A stretch of DNA of 64,000 bases from Eledone cirrhosa. Its lineage: Eukaryota. Position 1 is the first letter of the stretch; the number at the start of each line of letters is the position of its first letter. The notes beneath the pieces were generated by a model that worked only from the letters and a program-made list of their open reading frames with translations, did not search any database and was not told the DNA's origin. Shown here piece by piece: positions 12,990 to 26,300 of this stretch. The stretch lies in contig OZ024742.1 in NCBI GenBank assembly GCA_964016885.1, forward strand, positions 105,524,001 to 105,588,000, in the 5' to 3' direction. The translations under genes were made by a program, and so were the position numbers.

Positions 12990-14690
12990 GATCTCACGGC
13001 AGTCCCACAGGTTGTATTCCAAGTTCTTTTAATTTTTAGGAGATTAGTATCGGTATACATACAGTATATGCATTATCAGAAATGACAATAAATGCCAGTG
13101 TGTGTTGTGACAAGGTTTTACTTCACAGAAGTCAAATGGATTAATATAAATAAATGGTTACCCGTTGGTCACAACTCCTAGGCTGAAGTGTGTGGAGAAG
13201 GACAGAGATCTTCTCTTGGAGGTGTTAACATCTTCTTAGGCGGCCGGTGGCATTCTTGAGTGGCAAAGGAAATGAGGGAGGAATTCTTCTTGATGGCGAA
13301 GGAAATGAGAGAGGAGTCATCTCATGACAAGGTCGCAGGTGTTGTTAACACTTTGGGATTCAGGAGGCGAGAGAGTGAGATCGCCCTGACCTGTCCCTTT
13401 TAAGTGACAAAAAGGGTTCTGCCACCCCAACGGGAAGTAACTCCAGCTACTTCTTGTCTAGAGAGCGGTGATGTGATTGTCATAACAAGGGAGGCAACTC
13501 TTGCTACAAATTTCTTCTCTAATTTGGTATCGATCACAGTGCACCAAAACAGGAATCACCTTTGCTGACATATTCCACAACCTAGCTGTTTCTACTCTCA
13601 ACTCTGAATAGTTTCTTATCTTTTCCCATTCTTCTGCTTCAATTCTCTGATCCCCAGGGATTATGATGTCAATTATCCAACACTTTCTCTCGTTTTCAAT
13701 CACAACAATGTCAGATTTCCAGTGTTCTCTAACTCTGTACAGTCAGGTCCTACACTATCTTTGCTTTGTCATTCTCAACTACACTCTCTAGTTCATGGTG
13801 ATACCATTTCTCCTCCACTTTGAATCCATATTTTTGACATAGTAACCAATGCAAGTGCAAGGACCCTCTCTCTCAAGATTGTACCTAATCACTGTCTCAC
13901 ACACAACAAAGGATAAGGATATCAAGGACATTACAAAAAGCAGTGGGGAAAAAGAATCACCTTGAAAAATCCCCCTGTTTATTTCCACTGTCCCGAGGTG
14001 TTGATCATTGGTGTAAAGATCCGTCCTCTATGCAGCCATTCTTTCTCTGATAAAAAGATATTGTGTTTGGTGCTATTTTAAACATTTCCAGGTATTTGAT
14101 GACCCATGAGTGTGGTACTGTGTCATAGGCCTTTTTCAAATCAACCCAGGCCATACACAGATTAGCTGACCGTCTCTTACAATTCCATAGAACCACTCTA
14201 TCAATTGCCAGATGATTTGTTGTGCCTTGAAATTTCTTTCTACGAACCTTTTGCTCTTCTGGAAGCAACTCCTGATTTTCGAGGTGAGAGTAAGTCTTCT
14301 CTGTAAGGATTTCGGTCAATACTTTCTAGAAGAGGTTTAAGCACGCTATTGGTTGGTAATCTTCAACCACTGCTTGCCTTTCATTATCAAGGTTGTCCAA
14401 CCTTGAACCATCCAATCAGCTGTCAACCCATCTGCTATCCTTTCATGTAAGTTGTAGAACTTTTTTTATCCAAATCCATGAACCCCATCTGGTCCAGGAC
14501 ATTTCTAGTTTGGTATTTCTTTAACCTGAGTTTTTACATCATCAGTGGTTATTTCTATCCTAATAACTTCTGAAGAATTTCCGTTTATTTACTTAAAACA
14601 ACCAGTTCTGATCAAACTGTTTCTGCTGATCCTTGTATTGTTTAATGTGATGTGACTTGGCTTTAATCCTCCGTTTGAATCCCTTTGTTC
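12990..14690 (-). mobile_element. R4/Dong-like (RLE) LINE fragment
   Basis: RT motifs MAWVDLKKAYDTVPHSW and RGIFQGDSFSPLLF; RLE-type IIDIIIPGD..IEAEEWEKIRNYSEL. A further KPDIVV..IVDIAC remnant lies at about 12135-12210. Confidence 0.8.
13035..13508 (-). mobile_element. Solo LTR-like element, family 1
   Basis: 474 bp; minus-strand termini TGTAGC...CCTAAA; 4-bp TSD AATT (13031-13034 and 13509-13512); homologous to 24391-24850. Confidence 0.8.
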
Positions 14691-14812
14691 TAATCTTATA
14701 AGTTCGAGAAAGTTTGTAATTTAAAGGCTGCAACAGTGTGAAAGGTATGGTATGATTTAAGATAAAAGAAAGTAACAAAGCTGCTCTGTTTTACCTGTTC
14801 TTATTCAAATAC

Positions 14813-14848
14813 AACCTTAAATTTCGAGATAAAATCTCATCAGAAGTC
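14813..14848 (-). ncRNA. Minimal type I hammerhead-like motif in the Penelope-like 3' repeat
   Basis: GACTT CTGATGA GATTTTATCTC GAAA TTTA AGGTT on the minus strand; core intact, stem II weak. Confidence 0.55.
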
Positions 14849-17175
14849 AAAAACCTTGGAGAATAGAGAAAACGTTTCAGCTTGTATGTGCCATTTTTTA
14901 TTTCTGTTTGTCATTACTAGCCGGAAGTGGTAGTAAGAGGTGTAAGAAGTGTTAACATTTTTGTGTGTGTGCCTGTTAGTACGTTTTTCCTTTTTTGAAT
15001 TTAATATTGTGTTTATTAATTAACTTATTTTATATATTTATTATTTAATATATGTGTCGTGCACAAAAAATGTGTATACACATTCAAATGCAGGTATAAT
15101 TGTATATTGGGTATTGCATTGTTATGCAATGGGTATTTTGTGTGTGTTATAGTTCTTGCATACATACATACATGCACCCACAAACACTCCTCTATACAAG
15201 TTAAGGAACTATGCATGCGCTCACCTGCACACATGCATATGTGTATGTCATACACTGTTACCAACTGGAGGCAGTGTTGTATGTTAAGTTCCGATAGGCA
15301 AGCAGGTGTCTTGTGCTGGGCTGCAGCTTGCTGTTGGTTGCCATGTGTTTTCATGTTTTAATGTGTTGCATGTTTAGTGTTTTGTTTGTGTTGTGTGCTG
15401 AGATCTAATTAGTTGGTGGTGTATGGGGTTGGTTAAATTAGGAATTGTGTTAAGTTCTGATCTGCTGTTGATGTGTGGTGTGAGTTTGCTAATGATGATC
15501 GCTTCTTTAATTCTAAGACTACGTAAGTTTTGATTTCTAGCCTCAATTGTAACTGCTATGTTTTTGCATTTATCTGTGTTTCTTGAAGGATGAAGCGTGT
15601 ATATCTAAGTGTTCTTTAAATGTCAATATGTAGTGGTCTGATAGTGCTACCAATATAAAAGTTGCTACATTTATCACATTAAATGCGGTATATCTGTATC
15701 ACAGATAGGGCAGTTGGCCAATATGCATTGGCTGTTGGGGTCTCTTGGTTAGTTGTCCATGTAGTGAAGGACCGGAGTGTGCCAATTGTATATTTAGCCC
15801 TTCTCTACAAATTGCTCTGTGAATCGCAGTAGCTATACTTTCACAGAAGTGTGGTAGCTTCAGGAAGCAGATGTTCATGGAGGTCATCTTGTGTTTGCAG
15901 GATTTCATGTTCCTAAGATAATTCCATGAAGTGTGTGGTGTGAGTACCAAAGAAAATGTGGTATATTTGGAAGGATTTGGTTTGAAAGTCAGTCTCTTCT
16001 GCAAAGGCAATAAAGAAGGAGTAAATGAGAAAAAGGGGTCTTGGTCCTCCGCCTTGCTGCATTTATTTTAGATACGTGTGAGCTCGTTCTTTATTTACCC
16101 AGTTTTGGCACCAAGAGGGTGGGCCGACTTACGGTGTACAAATAGGTCCTTGGTGGCGGCTTTCCTGTAAAAGCTGGTGTATATGCCATCTTTTGTCATT
16201 TTAAGCTGAAAGTCGAGCAGGGTTAGGGATCCAGTGCTATCAGAGTGTTCTATGATGAACCTTATGTTCTCGTCCATGCTAGAAAATGTTGTGTATATCC
16301 TGACAGCTTCCGCATTGGATGATATGTGGATGAGTATATTATCCACATATCGGGTGAAAAAGGCGTAGGAGCAGCAGGTGTTGAGCCCTCGACATTCTAG
16401 CCGGTTCATTTATGTGATGGCGAGAAGGGTGGGTGGGTGGTGGCTAAGAGGGTGGATCCCATGAGTAGGTTTGTTTTCTGTGTAAGCTGGTGGAAAGTGA
16501 AATAGATATTCTCGACTGTGACTGTTAGCAATTGGTGTATGTCTGAAGGACTGAGACCAAAGAAATTATGTAGTCAACCTAGAAGTTGGACTGCTGCGTG
16601 TGTGGGTACTGGTGTAGAGGGAGACACTATCAAGGCTAAATGTGTATGTTTAGCCTGGAGGGTTTGCAATTGAGCTCTATGTTGGCAGGCGATGGGCAGA
16701 GTGGGTGATCGAGCTGATCTACTGGGAATTTGTTTTTAGTCCCAGTTGTGCTGTCCATGACGTTAAACCCTTTCAGGTGGTAAGACGTTCAACAAAAATT
16801 AGTTTCCATGTTGAATCTTGTCATTAATTCACTGGGTCAGTATGAATTTGGGGCTGAGGTGTGGTGTATCAGATGGTGTGTTCGGTGTGACAGCAGGTAC
16901 AATGGCGGGATTGTCCTGTTTATTCTTGTTGGCGTATTGGGGAGAACTTCTGTTGTTTCAATGTATCATTTGGTGGTATAAACGTTTTAAGTCGTTTCTA
17001 CTCGTGATTGAGGCTCTTGTGATAGCATCCATCTATAGTTGCAGTTGTATCTTGCAGCAGGGAGCTATTTCTAGTTTTGGTAGTGTATTCGAGGTTTTTC
17101 TGTATGTGTTAATGGAGTTGGTGGTGTAAGTGTTGTAGCAGTATTCTGATGCAGTAGTCTAGTGATTGTTTAGAG

Positions 17176-19318
17176 CACAGGTTCTCAACCCATTTCGGCC
17201 TAACGTCCCCCCCCCCCCCCCATTTACTCCTCGAAATCACGAAACGCCCCCTTTTGCTCTTCGAAATTATGACCCCCCCCCCCCCATTTTTCCATTTTTC
17301 AATATACTATTGATTAACAATATTCCAAAGATACCATTGCAGGCAGTTGAGAGTATAAAACATTCCTTGAAAGGAAATATATAAATTTCAAAAAAAGCAA
17401 CATAAATGTTCTTTTTTATGAATAAGGACCAGTTGAATTTATTATATTCCCACCAGGTGATACCAGCTATTTTGAACATTTATACAAGAACAACTCTGTC
17501 TATCCAAAGAGTGCTCTTATCTGGAAGAAAGTGGCAATTATATCATTTCAAAGCTTTCCAATTTTCCCTTTAATGAAATGGACAGAATAAATGTTGATAG
17601 CTAACTTGATGTCTCCTCCGCTTTGTGAGCTTAGAGACCACAGAAGGGAGTTTTCATGACCACGTAAGAGGGTATATTTATTAGTAAATAGTAGAATATA
17701 TACAACAAATGAGTAAGTGAATTGTGGTAGATGGTTTCCAGTCCAATCAGACTGCAACTACATATAAAAAAATTGTTAGTTTGCTTTGTAACAATAGCAT
17801 ATCCAAGTTTTCGGATAAATCGACTTACTTTAACTTTAACCTCATTTCAATAGGACCCTTGAGCTTCATGGGGTCTAGCTAACTCTTTGATGTCGGGCTG
17901 GATTTTCGTACGATGTAGCCGGAGATCTCCATGTGTAATTACATTGTAGCGGTTATGAGCCTTACTGTGCAGTCTGGAAACAGCACCAAACCCCCTCTCA
18001 ACTAAGTATGAGCTTGGAAAAGGCAGAGCAAATCTCTTAGTCTCTGCATGTAGGTGTGGAAATCGATGCTGAATTTCCTCTTGCATCCTAAAAAGGGGTT
18101 CACCTATTTTGGAAAATATAATTTTGATCATGGCATCTGTTTGAAGTTCAATGAATTCTTCCTGAAATTTAACGTCTAAATCGTCAACGTTTGCTATGAA
18201 GGGCTCTGCTATCCACATTGAGATGTCCATCTGCAAAAGGTCGACAAACCGTTCTCCCATGTTGTCTTGTAGCGCACGGAGGTGAGCAGTATAAATTTGG
18301 AGTTGGTCATCGCTTACAATGTTTTGAACATTGGCGACACTAGGAAAATTATAGAATTCCCGTCAACAAAGATTTCCTTCGATGACATTCAATTTGGCCA
18401 GGGATGTTTTCACAGCATTCCTTGCTTTAAGCAAGGTGATCATCTCTCCCCCTGCAAAGCCATAATGAGGCTATCCTTACAGAAACTCAATGATAGAATC
18501 AAAGAGTTTAAAGAAGTGAGTAAAGCACTTGCCCTTTGAAAGCCACCTCACTTCAGTATGAAGGAGCAACTTGAATTCTTCGTCATTATCTTGGCACAGT
18601 TGCCGGAAATTTTGTTCATTGAGGGCATGGCGTTTGATAAAATTGATGACATCAATGGCCACCTGCAAAAACTTGCTCAGCGGCTCACTGAGTTTCTTCG
18701 CTGCCAAGTGTTGTCGATGAATGACACAATGAACAGCAAATACAGATGGATTTTCTCTCTTCAGAAGAGTGATGAAACCCTTATGTTGGCCGACTGTTGC
18801 TCTTGCACCGTCTGTAGCACATGATACAATGTTGTTAAGAGGTATTGCTTGTTCTTCGAGGTATCCCTTGACAGATTCAAAGATGGTGGCACCTTTAGTA
18901 TCTGTGGCTAGATTCAGTGAAGAAAAGCTCCTCATGCATTTCGTTTTCATGGAAAAATCGCACATATCCCAGTAGTAAGGACTGATTCTCGGAAAGCGTG
19001 CTTTCATCAAGTTTGAAAGCAAATTGTCTTGATGTTGCATAATTTGTGCTCAACATTTTCTTCCATTTCGTCGATGCGTCTCCTTATTGAGTTGTTACTC
19101 AGCGGAATACGGGTTCTGATGTCGTACTGTTGAAAGAACTTCTGAGATAACAGGAATTACCAACGTTTCACCCAAGGAATGGAGCTTGCGACAATTTGCA
19201 ATTATGTTGGCAATGTTATAAGATGCGACGAGTCCATCAACATTTGAAGCTTCAACTTTTGAAAAAGCAGAAGAAATCAGTGTTGTTTTCTGAAATTGGT
19301 CGCCGTTGAGAACCTTTG
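17176..19318 (-). mobile_element. hAT (Buster/Charlie-type) DNA transposon, internally deleted, transposase pseudogene
   Basis: TIRs CACAGGTTCTCAAC / GTTGAGAACCTTTG; 8-bp TSD GTTTAGAG / GTTTAGAT; motifs CATDGA, HCVIHRQHLAAK, LLLHTEVRWLSKG and FPSSYLVERGF. Confidence 0.92.
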
Positions 19319-19989
19319 GTTTAGATCTTGGTAGCTGGAAGCATGTTGGCAGGTGTATGTTCTTGATTATGTTGGGTATTGTGATTGAGGAAGTTGATTT
19401 GGCAGCCTACTTCAGCGCGTTTCTCTGATAGCTTGAATAGTTCCTTGGCCGTTGCAAACTGGGTCTGGCTCAGGCTTAGGAATAAGAGAATGTAGCTTGC
19501 TTGAAGCATTGTGCTTTAAGTATAAGAAGGTATGTAATTCGATGGCTGCAACAGTGCGAACTTATAAGTTTAGTTTATCCTTGCTTTTTCACCATTTTTG
19601 TCTTTCTTCCATTTCCCCATTTGCTATGCAGTTATTTTTCCTAAATCTTGTCTGAGCCTTTTCACATCCCCTTCAAATCATCTTTTCCACCAAGGCTCAC
19701 TCTTTTCTTTCTTTCTTAAGACTCATTTTGTTCCTACCCTTTCCCCAACTAGCATACCAGCTGTGCATAGCAGCTTTCTTACTTCCGTGGCATTAGATGT
19801 TTGCATATACAACAAAAGGGAATTCACTTTTGCTACCTCAGCACGTACACGAATACTGTTAACGAATCTTAGACTTAAAGGTTTGTCGGGGTCCTTAATA
19901 TCAATACAGCTCTCTTAACCTTGACAATATGCCCACCTTTTCATCATCCAATAGACTTTCATCTAGCTGGGCCAATTGTTCTTGCCTCA

Positions 19990-20888
19990 GCTATCATTCT
20001 GATTCTGCATCATCATCTGGGCATATTCCCAGAGCACCTATTATTATAGGTATTGTTTCTGTCTTCATCCACATTCGGGATATTTCTATCTCTAGGTCTT
20101 TAATGTGGATAGTTTCTCCATTTCCTTGTCGTCTGTGGGAATTGATACATCAAATAGAAGACATCGTTTTCTTTATAGTCTTCAACTATGGCATCTGATC
20201 GGTTGGCTTTCATCTCCTCGTCTCTGTGTATTGCCATATCCCATAGAATGGTTGCTTTGTCAGTCTCTGTTATGTTTACTGGTGTGTGTCTTTACCATCC
20301 TTTTTTCTGTTGGTATTTCATAATCTTAGCATAATTTCTAGTGTATATAGGTCCCTACTCTATTATGTCAGGGGATGTATTCCTTTTTGGCTAAGACTGG
20401 GCAGCTAGAGATAATGTGGTTTATTGTTTCTCATATTCCACGGTTACTTGCTATGTTCTGATTCATTATGTACTTCTGGTGGTGAGGCTTTGGTCTTGTA
20501 CTGCGATTAGAAATCCTTCCATTTTGGCTTTTAGTCCAGTGCTTCGTAGTCAGTTTTGTGTGTTTTGCTTGTCTACTTCCTCTCTGTTCATCTTTTTCAG
20601 GTATTGGCCACGTAAGGGTTTTTTATGCCATCATTTTAACTTGACATTCTGTTGTTGTTTCTTGTTTGTTTTCATTGTCCTCACAGCTATCTGTTTATGT
20701 GCTTTTGGCTTTGAATTTATTGGCTTCCTTGAAGACAGTACAATTTTTTTGATTTGTTCATGTTTTGTAGTTATTTGTATTAACTTTCTTTTGTTCTCCA
20801 TTAGATATTTTTGTAGCTCTACAGTAGCTATTTTATAAGTTTTCTAATTGCATAAGGTCCCTTTCCCCTTATATTTGTGGTAAATATC
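19990..20888 (-). mobile_element. R4/Dong-like LINE 3' fragment
   Basis: Minus-strand remnants GFLIAVQDQSL, LIDVSIPTD and DLEIEISRMW..TIPIIIGALG; HPKSD continues at 21324-21345 on the far side of the LTR-like insert. Confidence 0.7.
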
Positions 20889-21323
20889 TTTATTGGGGTG
20901 ACCACTTATAGCGATGAACGGCTGCGTGTTCGTATCACGTCAGGGTCACCAATATAGCGAGAATACTGGGTTGTATGAATGTAACAAGGAATACATTGTT
21001 TGTGTAGATAATATTTAATTAACAATGGTAGATAGTATAGTTGACATGTCAAAGTAATGGATGATAGAATGAAGCAAAGTTAGTAGTTACCGTTTTGATT
21101 GCCAGGCAAACGCGGCTGGCAGAGGACGCCTGGCTAAGGCCAGGCGCCTGTTGGCCAAATGAATGGCAGAGCCAAATGAGAGGCTCTTGACCTGGTGCCG
21201 AAAAGGCAATGAGAGAGTGAGAACCTAAAGTTGTTAGTTTTATAGGGTTCTGACCGGAAGTTGCAGAAAGGGTTCTACTTCCCGTCTAGATGTTTAATCC
21301 AAACAAGGGAGACAACCGCTACA
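20889..21323 (-). mobile_element. LTR-like element, family 2, with tRNA-Trp primer-binding sequence
   Basis: Starts TGTAGCGGTTGTCTCCCTTG (similar to family 1); CGCTATA end motif at 20953-20959 followed by TGGTGACCCTGACGTGAT...; possible TSD TATC / CATC. Confidence 0.7.
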
Positions 21324-21599
21324 CATCTGATTTTGGATGGCGTATTCTAAATCATCACCGTTTTGCGCCTATTCTTCCATGCTAGCATGGGTTAGACAGG
21401 TTGTCCTGTTAGGGGCAGTGCCAGGTCAGGTAACCATGTCTTGCTCATACAGAACTGATTTTTTGAGATTGTAGCCATCATGGCATATATTGTGACTGAA
21501 GATTCGGGGGAAATAAGCCGATATAGGCATATTCGACAAAGCGAATGAGTGAGAATTTCGAAGACAGTCACCGACTAAATGATAGTGTTTTATCGTTTT

Positions 21600-22275
21600 G
21601 ATGCTGCTGTTGTTGTTATAGATGTTGGTGTTCATAAGCTCTGACTCGGTCACTAAACACCAGGGTCAGTCTATTTAAAGATTTTTGTCTTCTTCCTTTC
21701 AAAATTCAAAATTGTGGGAATGGACGTTATAGACATTTGGTAGAGTTAATTTGTGCTTTCTCGTCTTTCTTTTCACCATATTTAAAACAAAGCACATGAG
21801 AGTATTATTCAGTTTTAAAAGCCGAAATCGATAAAAAGTACTTTACCCGTTGCATCAGTGACAGAACTTTTTTCAGGGTGTCTGGGTAGTTTCCTTATCC
21901 AAACAATTGAATGAAATGTGTACATGAAAAAATCGAAATAGAACCTAATAGACATACATAAAACAATATATATATTGTTTTGATGCTGGTGTTCATTTTG
22001 ATGCTGTTGAGATGTTGGTGTTTGTTGATTGTTTTGACTGAGTGGTGGTGATGGCAGTTAATGTTTGACTTTTTATTGTTTTGATACTGTTATAGATGTT
22101 AATGTTCATAAGATCTGAGCTGGTCACTAAACACCAGGGTCAGTCTATTTAAAGAGATTTTGTCCTCTTCCTTTCAAAATTGTGGGAAAGGACGTTATAG
22201 ACATTCAGGTAGTTAATTTGTGCTTTTTCCTTTCTTTACACCATATTTAAAACAAAAAGCACATGAGAGTAGTAG
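21600..22275 (-). repeat. Two ~200-bp direct copies (21600-21810 and 22080-22275), probably 5' ends of a non-LTR element
   Basis: GGTCACTAAACACCAGGGTCAGTCTATTTAAAGA...GCACATGAGAGTA occurs twice. Each copy adjoins a short TAT/TAG repeat and runs into AAC-rich sequence on the minus strand. Confidence 0.65.
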
Positions 22276-22279
22276 TCAT

Positions 22280-23330
22280 TATTCTTGTTTTTCTTTCTAT
22301 GCATCTAGTTCTTTTAGTGTCCAATAAAAGCTGTAGCTAACTACTGGGATCACTATGGTATTGATGCTAATTACTTTATTCTTTGCATTTAGTTCAGTTT
22401 TAAGTAGTAATCTAATCCATCTGTAGTATTCCTTTTTAATCTCTTTCATCTATATATGTTGAACCATATCTAATTTGTTGATTCCTAAGTATTTGTATGT
22501 CTGTGTTTGACCTTATTCTCTTATCTCAGTTTCTTTATCTAGCATGATATTACTGTTTTTCATTAGTTTTCCTATTTCCAGAGTTGCCTTGGTGCATTTT
22601 TCTAGTCCAAATTTCATGCCTATTTCTTTTGTGAATCAATGTACTGTATGTAGCAGTGTTTTAAGTTGTCTTTCGTTTGCAGCATACAGTTTTAGATTAT
22701 CCATAGGAGATGATTAATTTTCTTGTAGCATTTATACCCTAGTCCAGTTCTGTTTAGCATCTCAGTTAATGGTGTTAATCCTAAGCAGAAGAACAGTGGT
22801 GATGGGGAGTCTCCTTGAAATATCCCTCTATTGATTGGAATTAGCTCAGTTTTTATTGTTTCATCCTACATTTCTATTTGCAGAATTGTTTTCCACTTAC
22901 TCATGCATACTCAATAAATGATTTTATTGGTGGTATTCATGGTTAGTGTGTTCAGTATTCATGTATGGGGAACTCTGTCAAATGAATGTTTTTTTTATAG
23001 TTGATCCATGCCTTGCTGAGATTTTTTTTTCTGCAGTTCTGGTTATGGCTTTATTGATTAGTAACTGGTCTTTACGACCACATGAGCTTTAGCAGCATCC
23101 TTTCTGTTCTTCTGGAAGCTTGTTTTTTTCCAGGTGTTTTGTTAGTTTCTGCAATATTATTACAGTTAGTTTTATATATTGTAGGCAGGCATATTATCGG
23201 TCTTGGTTTTGGGGGTTTGTTGTGTCATTATTCTTGGGGATCCTTTCTATGCCTCATTCTTTCCATATCCCATTCCAGAACTCCTTGGTCATATCAGCAA
23301 GTGTGGAAGAATTGTATTATTTTGGAACAA
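22280..23330 (-). mobile_element. R4/Dong-like LINE RT fragment
   Basis: Minus-strand KEFWNGIW, KDQLLINKAI, RGIFQGDSPSPLFF, MDNLKLYA and IGMKFGLEKC. Confidence 0.8.
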
Positions 23331-23344
23331 TCTATTATTATTAT

Positions 23345-26300
23345 TATTGTTTCTTTGCTCAGCTTCAAATGCTGGGGATGTATTAGTCTTAGCTGTTCAC
23401 TTCCAGTGAACCATGATAACACTCCTTATTTTTTGAGTACCCTCCAGAGTATTTGAGCTGTTCAAAACGTATTGCAATCCTTTTTTGTTTAATGTTCTTT
23501 TCAAGTTCCTAAGACTCCAATTATTATTGGTATTATCACCACCTTTTACAATGACAACTGCTTAACCTCCCAAGCTAACCTGTCATATCTATCAATTTTT
23601 TTTTACCTTCTTTATTGTATACCTTGCTATCAGCTGGACAGGCTATATCTTTGATCCAGTGTCACTGGCCAGTGTTCGTGCAGTGTTGTCAAGCTTTCTC
23701 TTGTACTCTTTCTGAGCAGGCATCTTACATTCACTGTGGTTTATTGCCTCACCTTTTTCATCACACAACCTACAAAGTGGGGAATTCACTAACTTGTCAA
23801 AATTTAACTTGATATAGTTCATTCTTAGTGCTTGTTCTTGGGTTGCAGAAATACGGGCTTCAGTTCTAACCTTCAAGTTCCTTTTCTTAGTCTTTTTCCT
23901 GGTCTTATCTTTGTCAACTGTCTCAGGTATTTCATGCAAGAATTGACCATACATTTTTTTCTTTCCATCCTTTGAACATTCCATGATTGATCTTGATCTG
24001 CCTAAATTCCAGTGATTCAATGTGGTGTTTAAGGACTATTTAGTTTTTCAGTTTGTTGTTGCCTTCAGGAAATTTGTGATCTCAAGTGTTATGTGATACA
24101 TTTGTCCTTATTATCCATGAATGAGGTACACTGTCAAATGCCTTTTTGTAGTCGATCCAAGCCATTGACAGGTGTTTCTTGATTACAATTTTCCATTATG
24201 TGTCTTTATTAATAGCTGATCTTTGCACCCATAGCTCTCATTTAAAGCTTTTTTGCTCAGGTGGCAATAGTTCTCCACAGTCAAGACCCTGTTGGTAATC
24301 ACTGATGTGAGGGCTTTGTACATTAACTGCCTTGTAATTGATTTGTAGTCTTTTGGATTTTCTGTACATTCATTCTTCAATAGAAGATATTTTAGGAGAT
24401 TAGTATCGGTGTACATATAAAATTATTACAAAAGACAGTAAATGCCGGTGTGTGTTGTGATAATGTTTTTACTTCATAGAAGTCAAAGGTATTAATATAA
24501 ATGAATCGTTACCCGTGGATCACAACTCCAGGCTGAAGTGTGTAGAGAAAAGGAGAGATCTTTTCTAGCTGGTGTTAACATCTTCATAGGCTCTTAAGCT
24601 GCCGGTTGCATTCTTCTTGGTGGCGAAGGATTATGAGAAAGGAATCATCTCATGCTAAGGTCGCAGGTGTTACCACTTTGGATTTCAGGAGGTGAGAGAG
24701 AGATATCGTGGTGACCTGTTCCTTTTATAAGGTCTGACCGGAAGTGACCAACAGGGAGTCTGTCAACCCCAAAGGGAAGCAACTCCAGCTACTTCCTGTC
24801 TAGAGAACGGTGATGAGATTATCATTACAAGGGAGGCAACTCTTGCTACAATATATTACGCCAGTTGTCATCCATTTTGGGACTCTGTTGGGTTTGCTAC
24901 AATCCTGGAGAATTCAGCAGCCTAAGCTTCATGGAGCATATCCAGATGTTTCAGATAGAAATTCTGCAAGGCATCTCTTGCCTGGTGATCGACTACAAAA
25001 AGCCATTTGACAGTGTATCTCATTCATGGATAATAAGGACAAATGTTTCCCACATTGCTGGCTGCTGTTTTTACTTCCTGTGAGGTGATTTCATTTCATT
25101 CCTGGGTGTAGACAAGGATTTCCAATTGTTCCAGCCATGGAGCATTGGTATTGTGGTCTTTGCCTTTTTCCCAGATATTGGCCCAGGAGCGTTCAACCTC
25201 AAGTGCAGATGGTTTTCTCACTTTAATGTTCTTCTTTCCTAACTCTGTAAAATCTTCTGACATCTTTGGCAAAGAGCTTGTTCTGTTTGAAGAAGTTAAA
25301 CTCTCTTTTTACATCTTCTCTGTGACTTCACCTGTATGATTTGCTTGAATGATTCACCAATCTCTTTACAGTTTGGATCCCGATTGATCTTGTATTTCTT
25401 CCTTTGCTCCTATCAACTCCAAGAAAGCTTCTTGGAGTTGATAGGAGAGTGGCATCCTTCCTGAACTCTGTAATTTTTCTCTCCAGCTGTCTCTGCCATT
25501 TTGGTTTTATGTTTATGTTCTTTATTTGTCTTTTTATTTGCAACTTGCCAACAATCACAGTTGCAGTGGCAAATAGCAGCTGGTTAATGTCATCATATGT
25601 CTGGTTTTCCATGTTTTTATCACCTCTAGCACTTTGTTAGCTGGGTTGACCATCACTTGATGCATCTCTTTGGGCACTTTCTGAAACTTTATGAAGTCTT
25701 TCAGATCCTGCATTTTCAGAATATCCCACTCACATAGAATGTCAACCTTCAATGACCAGACAGCAGCAGCATCCAGTTAGCTATCATCTACATGTTCATG
25801 TTCGGTGAGGTTCTAATCTGTGTGAGTTTCAACAATTTTTTCACCATTTGTTTCTGTTGACTGGGGTTGTTATGTTGTTCTCTTATCTCCTCTTTGGTGG
25901 TTTCCAGTTCAGATTTATAGAGTCTTTTGTTCCTCCTAATTTCCCTTCTCACATTGGCTAGCTTATTCATGTCCATGATACTGTAGGTTTCTTGAGTTGA
26001 CAAGTTCTCTCTTAGAAACAAGATGGCAGTATAGTACACAGCTATCACTGCTTTGTATTCCTCTCTGATCCATGTTTGTTGGAGCCTTCTAGTATATATG
26101 GTGATGGTTTTACCTTGTGGTTCATTGAGGGCTGTCCTTGGTATGGGAGTTACTGGGGGTATAGGAGAGAGGGTTGTTCCAATTGCTGACCTTTCGACCG
26201 TGACCTGGTTTCTTACTGAGGATGCAATTCTTGGTAACCCCTGTGATGACTGATGTATGATTTCTTTTTTGAACTATCATGTTGAAATCAGGGGGTTAGT

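Larger units (their letters stand above)
14695..19568 (-). mobile_element. Penelope-like element (RT plus GIY-YIG), degenerate, interrupted by a hAT transposon
   Basis: FTRYVDNI and SLTLLDF...YRK..KDLFVH..SAHP in RT/thumb; IYRI*CDKCSNFYIGST GIY-YIG at about 15640-15695; a ~45-bp terminal repeat (CACTGTTGCAGCC...) shared by 14700-14745 and 19520-19556. Confidence 0.8.

Noticed and set aside
14920-14930. ETS-like CCGGAAGT as a host promoter
   Set aside because: A single motif inside the Penelope-like 3' region, with no associated exon.
20916-20951. tRNA-Trp gene
   Set aside because: Only the 3' part is present, with encoded CCA and next to an LTR end; it is primer-derived, not a gene.
24870-25040. 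Plus-strand ORF containing DYKKPFDSVSHSWI
   Set aside because: It is an inverted RT scrap within the minus-strand R4-like relic, not a separate gene.
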